In this document: positions 59,294 to 64,000 of the stretch, in pieces | Numbering within the stretch: the stretch's first letter is position 1 | Layout: each line of letters opens with the position of its first letter | Source of the DNA: an uncultured Collinsella sp. | Lineage (GTDB): Bacteria > Actinomycetota > Coriobacteriia > Coriobacteriales > Coriobacteriaceae | Assembly (NCBI GenBank): GCA_900757505.1 | Contig: CAAEOE010000013.1 | Location: 29,193-93,192 of the forward strand | Length of the DNA stretch: 64,000 nt | Direction of reading: 5' to 3' | Notes under the pieces: model-generated | Seen by the model: only the letters and a program-made list of their open reading frames with translations | What the model was told of the DNA's origin: nothing | Database searches by the model: none | Program-made: the position numbers and the translations under genes

Positions 59294-59872
59294 ATGCCTG
59301 AGTCTTCTGTTCGTCCCCGTCGCATTGTCGTTGGCGTGTCTGGCGCCAGCGGTGCGGCACTGGGCCTTGAATGCCTCAAATGCCTGCGCCAGGCCGGCGC
59401 TGAGTCGGCGCTTGTCGTCACGCGCGGGGGAGAGATCACCATCGAGCAGGAGCTCGGCATGACGCTCGACGAGTTTGCGTGCTATGCCGATGTGGTCTAC
59501 GACAACAAGAACATTGGCGCTGCCATCGCAAGCGGCACCTATCCGGTCGACGGCATGATCGTGGCTCCCTGCTCCATGAAGACGCTCGCCGGCATCGCGA
59601 GCGGCTACAGCGAAAACCTGTTGCTGCGTGCGGCCGATGTGCAGATGAAAGAGCAGCGCCGCCTGGTGCTTATGGTGCGCGAGACGCCCTTCAGTGCGAT
59701 CCATGTCGACAACATGGCACGCCTGGCGCGCGTGCCGGGCGTCATGCTCATACCGCCCATGCTCACGTTTTACAACGGCCCCGCCACGCTCGATGAGGCG
59801 GTGCATCACATCGCCGCCAAGGCACTCGAGGCCGTCGGCGTGTCGTGCGCCAACTATAAGCGCTGGTCATAG
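59294..59872 (+). CDS. ubiX: Flavin prenyltransferase
   Basis: VGVSGASG, IASG, APCSMKTLAGIA.G, RAADV..KE.R.LVL.VRETP. Confidence 0.93.
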   Translation: MPESSVRPRRIVVGVSGASGAALGLECLKCLRQAGAESALVVTRGGEITIEQELGMTLDEFACYADVVYDNKNIGAAIASGTYPVDGMIVAPCSMKTLAGIASGYSENLLLRAADVQMKEQRRLVLMVRETPFSAIHVDNMARLARVPGVMLIPPMLTFYNGPATLDEAVHHIAAKALEAVGVSCANYKRWS

Positions 59873-59963
59873 GCATCTTTAGGGTAGGATACGAGTAGTG
59901 TTTGAGCCCGCTGCCCCTGTGGGCGGCGGGCTTTTCGTGTCAAAGGGTGTGTCGGGAGGACCT

Positions 59964-60833
59964 ATGCAGACGGGTATGTATGCGATTAGCGAGATGGCGA
60001 GCTTGTTTAACGTTTCGCGCCAAACGCTCATCTACTACGACAAGATCGGTCTGTTTAAACCCGCCGTGGTTAACGAAAAAGGCTACCGTTTCTATTCGCC
60101 CACGCAGATCCCGCTCATGCGTCTGATCTGCATGCTGCGCGACTTGGGACTGGAACTCGATGAGATCGATCGCCTGACCTCGACGTTCGACATTGGAGAG
60201 ATGACCGATCACCTGCGCTCGCGGGTGCAGGCGCTCGACGAGCAGATTGCCGGGCTCAAAGCCGAGCGCGCGAGCGTGCAGGAGCGGCTGAGTTTTTACG
60301 ACGAGGCGGTCTATTGGCGCGAGCGCGAGGGCAAACCGGAGCTCAAGCAATTCGAGCGCCGCTACGTGGTCTTTGAGGAGTTCCCGAGCGATATCGAGCG
60401 TGGCCGCTCGATGCTGCACCCCACGCTCATGCGGGCGATTCTGCGCATGCGTGCGCTCACGGGCACACGCCCCATGCACGGTTGGGGCGCCATGCTGCGT
60501 CGCGAGGCGCTGCATTCCGACGACCCCATCGCCGGTGCCGGTTCCTTTGCCGTGTTGCCGCGCGGTGCCGAGGAGCTGCTGCCGAGCGATCCTGCCGAGC
60601 TGGCAGAGATCGGCATCGAAGTGCTGCCCGAGGGCACATACCTGTGCATGAGCCGCTGGGGCATGCCGTACGAACCCGAGGGCATTCGTGCCATCGTGGC
60701 ATGCATGGACGAGCACGCACTCCAGCCCATCGGCGATGCCTTCGATTTTTGCTACCTCGATACCACCAGCTACGACGAGTCCCACCAAGAGGACTTCTGC
60801 TGCATCCAAATCCCCGTAGCCCTCCAGATGTGA
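59964..60833 (+). CDS. MerR family regulator with a GyrI-like effector domain
   Basis: YAISEMA.LF.VS.QTL.YYD.IGL..P....GYR.Y; LPEGTY; IQIPV. Confidence 0.9.
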   Translation: MQTGMYAISEMASLFNVSRQTLIYYDKIGLFKPAVVNEKGYRFYSPTQIPLMRLICMLRDLGLELDEIDRLTSTFDIGEMTDHLRSRVQALDEQIAGLKAERASVQERLSFYDEAVYWREREGKPELKQFERRYVVFEEFPSDIERGRSMLHPTLMRAILRMRALTGTRPMHGWGAMLRREALHSDDPIAGAGSFAVLPRGAEELLPSDPAELAEIGIEVLPEGTYLCMSRWGMPYEPEGIRAIVACMDEHALQPIGDAFDFCYLDTTSYDESHQEDFCCIQIPVALQM

Positions 60834-61028
60834 CAAGAGGACAGTCCCTTTGTCACATTCGCGGCATGGCTGCCGCCCAAACCGTCACAACATTCGATGA
60901 AAATCTCGAAAACGAGGAAAAGCGTCGAATGTTGTGATGGTTTTCCTATCTGTGCCGGCGAGCCGCCGTGCCGTCTGGGGGTATAAGGCTAGCAAGTGTT
61001 TATTTGCGAGGCCAAGGGGGCGCCCCGT

Positions 61029-61904
61029 ATGGATATCGATAGCTTTGAATGGTGGTACAGCGAGGGCGAGGCTCCGGATGAGGTGTGGGACGAGCCCTTG
61101 CCAAGTGATGAGTTGAGCGACGGGACCGATGTGGACTCCGATGCTGGCGATGCGCTTGACTCGGATGCCGATTCCGCCCCCGCCGAGCCCCTGACCTTTG
61201 AGCAGGCTTGGGCCCAGGCCGAGGCCGACGAGGCAAAGGCCGATGCCACGGCCACGCTGGGTGAGCCAGCCGACATGTCCATCTCGCCGGCCAAGACCCC
61301 GCAGCCGCGCCACACCATCGACCCCGGCAGCACGGCATCCTTCAGCATACTCGACGTGCCCGCGCAGGGTGCCCAGGCGCCCGCCCCCACGCGTCGCCCC
61401 AACCTGGCTCGCGAGGAAGACGCGGCCCGCCGTTCACCGCTCGGCCCCATCCTCATCGCCTTCATGGCCGGCGTCATCGCTTGCTCGGCGATCGGAAATG
61501 TCTGGAGCCACGTGGAGCAACAGCGCAAGGACGCCGCCAAGGTCGAGATGTCTGTCGAGCAATCGCTCAGCCGCACGCGCTCGGTGCATGTGTCGGTCGA
61601 GGTTAAGGACGGCGCGACGTGGGATACCGCGCGCGGCGATAGCCAAATGCTCGTCCATATTGTGGGCCGCACGCTCAGGGGACAAGCAATCGACGAGTAT
61701 CAATACGTTAATTCCGAAGGTGACGGCATCGAGCTCAAGCCCGGCGACTACGAGCTCACGGTTGATGAGCCGCCCGTCGCCACCGACGGCACGCGTTACC
61801 GCGCCTCAAAGCGCATGGTTCCCGTGAGCTTTAACTCGCAGGCGCCCGATACGGTCGACAGCACGCCGCAGGGCGGGTTCGACCTTTACGCAATCGTTCA
61901 ATAA
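61029..61904 (+). CDS. Hypothetical single-pass membrane protein with an acidic disordered N-terminus
   Basis: Open frame with host-like codon usage and one hydrophobic segment (ILIAFMAGVIACSAIG). Confidence 0.65.
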   Translation: MDIDSFEWWYSEGEAPDEVWDEPLPSDELSDGTDVDSDAGDALDSDADSAPAEPLTFEQAWAQAEADEAKADATATLGEPADMSISPAKTPQPRHTIDPGSTASFSILDVPAQGAQAPAPTRRPNLAREEDAARRSPLGPILIAFMAGVIACSAIGNVWSHVEQQRKDAAKVEMSVEQSLSRTRSVHVSVEVKDGATWDTARGDSQMLVHIVGRTLRGQAIDEYQYVNSEGDGIELKPGDYELTVDEPPVATDGTRYRASKRMVPVSFNSQAPDTVDSTPQGGFDLYAIVQ

Positions 61905-61983
61905 CTGTGCCTGTCGCTTCTCCTTGCCGTCAAGAGTGGGACAATAGCCCTCGACACTATTGTTTACTTTTGGAGGAAGTAAC

Positions 61984-62877
61984 ATGTCCACCGTCACTAC
62001 CATCAAGCGCGGCGGCCTCACCGCGGCCATCGATTCCATGGGCGCCCAGCTCACGAGCCTTGCCCTCAACGGCAACGAGTACTTGTGGCAGGGCGACCCC
62101 GCCTTTTGGGGCAAGCATGCGCCCATCCTGTTCCCCATTGTGGGCTCGCTGCGCAACAACACGGCAACGTCTGCGGCCGGCACCTGCGAGATGCCGCGCC
62201 ACGGACTCGCGCGCATCGTCGAGCACAAGCTGGTCGAGGTCTCCGAGGACGGCTCGTCTGTCACCTACGAGATTGCCGACACGCCCGAGTCGCTCAAGGC
62301 CTTCCCGTTCCACTTTAAGCTCAACATGACCTATGCTCTGACCGGCGACGCCACGCTCACGCAGACCTTTACCGTCACCAACACCGGCGACGTTGACCTG
62401 CCGTTCTCGGTGGGCGGTCACCCCGCATTTAACGTGCCCGCTCCTGGTGCCGAGGACGAGGCGTTCGAGGATTACGAGCTGGCGTTTACCGAGGCTTGGA
62501 CCAACGAGGCTCCCATCATCACGCCCGATGGCCTCATGACGTTTGAGGGTAGCTACAAGGCGCCCGATAACTCTGACGCGCTGCCCATCACGCACCGCAG
62601 CTTCGATAACGATGCCATCATGTTCACCGATACCCCGGGCTCCACGCTCACGCTGCGCGGCCGCAAGTCGGGCCACGGCGTCAAGATCGACTTTGAGGGC
62701 TTTAAGTACATTGGCGTGTGGTCTGCCGCCAACGATGCTCCGTTTGTGGCGCTCGAGCCCTGGACCGGTCACACCACCATGGACACCGAGGACGACGTCT
62801 TTGAGCACAAGGTCAACACCATTACGCTGGCGCCGGGCGAGACGGACGTCCGCAGCTTTAGCGTCACCCTGCTCTAG
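61984..62877 (+). CDS. Aldose 1-epimerase family protein (LacX-like)
   Basis: EYLWQGDP.FW..HAPILFP.VG, HGLAR, GGHPAFN, FVALEPW.G. Confidence 0.9.
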   Translation: MSTVTTIKRGGLTAAIDSMGAQLTSLALNGNEYLWQGDPAFWGKHAPILFPIVGSLRNNTATSAAGTCEMPRHGLARIVEHKLVEVSEDGSSVTYEIADTPESLKAFPFHFKLNMTYALTGDATLTQTFTVTNTGDVDLPFSVGGHPAFNVPAPGAEDEAFEDYELAFTEAWTNEAPIITPDGLMTFEGSYKAPDNSDALPITHRSFDNDAIMFTDTPGSTLTLRGRKSGHGVKIDFEGFKYIGVWSAANDAPFVALEPWTGHTTMDTEDDVFEHKVNTITLAPGETDVRSFSVTLL

Positions 62878-63205
62878 AGGTTCCGCCGTTCTAACGAACG
62901 GCGGACCGGTCGACGCTGCGCCCTTAGGTTCCGCCGTTCTGACGAACGGCGGGCCGGTCGACGCTGCGCGCCACCCAGAGCGACAATTTGCCATTCAAAA
63001 GGCACGGCATGACCAGAAGGTCTATGCCCTGCCTTTTTCATGCCAACTTGTTCGCTCTGGGCGGCGCTCGCTGGCATTGCCAAAACATCGACGTTCCCAA
63101 TGACTACCGTGTGTCTATTAATTTTTCGAGCTTGTGCTGCGCTGCTGGTCGCTGGCGTATATCCTGTTAAGTCGTCAGCATACGATTCAACAGGGAAGGC
63201 AGATT

Positions 63206-64000
63206 ATGCATTCTCCCCATCAACGCGACGCGCATCCACAGCCGGTGTGCAGCCGTCGCATCTTTTTGGGTAGCGCTCTCGCTGCGAGCGCTTCCGTCGT
63301 CGCCGGCGCGCTCGCCGGCTGTCAGCGCCCGTCCACGCTCAAGGTGGTTCAGCCCACGACGGGCGGCGGTCGCGACGACCTGTCCGATTCCGTGATCGGC
63401 AAGGACAAGATCCGCATTGGCATGGAAGCGGCCTACGCCCCGTACAACTGGCAGGTTTCCGAAGCCAGTGAGTACACCATCCCCATCGACAACGTGCAGG
63501 GCGCCTATGCCGATGGCTACGACGTGCAGATCGCCAAGATCGTCTGCAAGGCCCTCGGCGGCGAGCCCGTTGCCGTCAAGCAGAGCTTCTCGGGCCTTAT
63601 CGATTCGCTCAACAACGGCCAGATCGACCTCATCATCGCCGGTATGAGTGCCACGCCCGAGCGCGAGGAGTCGGTCGGCTTCTCCGACCCGTACTTCATT
63701 GGCTACTTTGGCCTGTTCGTAAAAGAGGGCTCGCCCTACCAGAACGCCACCAAGCTCAGCGACTTCAGTGGTGCCACGGTACTCGGCCAAAAGGACACCA
63801 TGCTCGACACCGTCATCGACGAGATCCCGGGCGTCGTCCACAAGAACCCGGTCGATTCGGTTCCCACGGTGTTCTCGAACCTGCTGCAGGGCACGTGCGA
63901 TGCCGTGACCTACAACACCGAGAACGAGAAGGGCTATATGGCCCAAAATCCGGGCATTGTCCCTATTCATTTTGCCGAGGGCGAGGGCTTTAAGCAGGAG
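63206..64000 (+). CDS. Amino-acid ABC transporter substrate-binding lipoprotein, 3'-truncated by the window
   Basis: Own translation gives an SRRIFLG twin-Arg-like motif, a LAGC lipobox, RIGMEAAYAPYNW, GYDVQIA and IAGMSATPER. It is absent from the ORF track because there is no stop in the window. Confidence 0.88.
   Translation, partial: MHSPHQRDAHPQPVCSRRIFLGSALAASASVVAGALAGCQRPSTLKVVQPTTGGGRDDLSDSVIGKDKIRIGMEAAYAPYNWQVSEASEYTIPIDNVQGAYADGYDVQIAKIVCKALGGEPVAVKQSFSGLIDSLNNGQIDLIIAGMSATPEREESVGFSDPYFIGYFGLFVKEGSPYQNATKLSDFSGATVLGQKDTMLDTVIDEIPGVVHKNPVDSVPTVFSNLLQGTCDAVTYNTENEKGYMAQNPGIVPIHFAEGEGFKQE

Noticed and set aside
1..64000. Prophage, integrase, IS transposase, tRNA, rRNA or sortase genes
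   Set aside because: None recognised in the window; the sortase for the LPXTG-type proteins must lie elsewhere.

Overview
High-GC actinobacterial chromosome segment. Gene content and protein style suggest Coriobacteriia, probably Collinsella (inference). From left to right: the 3' part of a giant LPXTG surface protein; SRP RNA (ffs); a frameshifted LPXTG coiled-coil gene; a heterodimeric ABC exporter; a flavodoxin; a six-gene SipW/TasA-like fibre locus with a 1832-aa putative adhesin and a sortase-type anchor; an LTA-synthase-family gene; a nitroreductase; kup with kdpD/kdpE-like genes; rlmKL; a HAD hydrolase; a transaldolase; a probable decayed DGR relic (DUF6273-like target end plus avd fragment); tex; a LysR/SDR/MFS/Gfo cluster; a GGDEF protein; a MarR-ABC operon; pdxK; two AAA/DUF4143 ATPases with upstream repeat arrays; an LMW-PTP; an MFS; a prFMN-dependent aromatic-acid decarboxylase locus (LpdD-Idi-like fusion, DASS transporter, UbiD, UbiX, MerR); an aldose epimerase; and a partial amino-acid-binding lipoprotein. 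The intergenic DNA is rich in several palindromic repeat families. Best candidates for undescribed biology: (1) a donor-strand fibre with a tip adhesin and a sortase-anchored base, possibly phase-variable; (2) the LpdD-Idi/Nudix fusion inside a MerR regulon; (3) the DGR relic; (4) a dispersed structured repeat family with covarying stems. All family calls come from motif recognition by eye; no searches were run.
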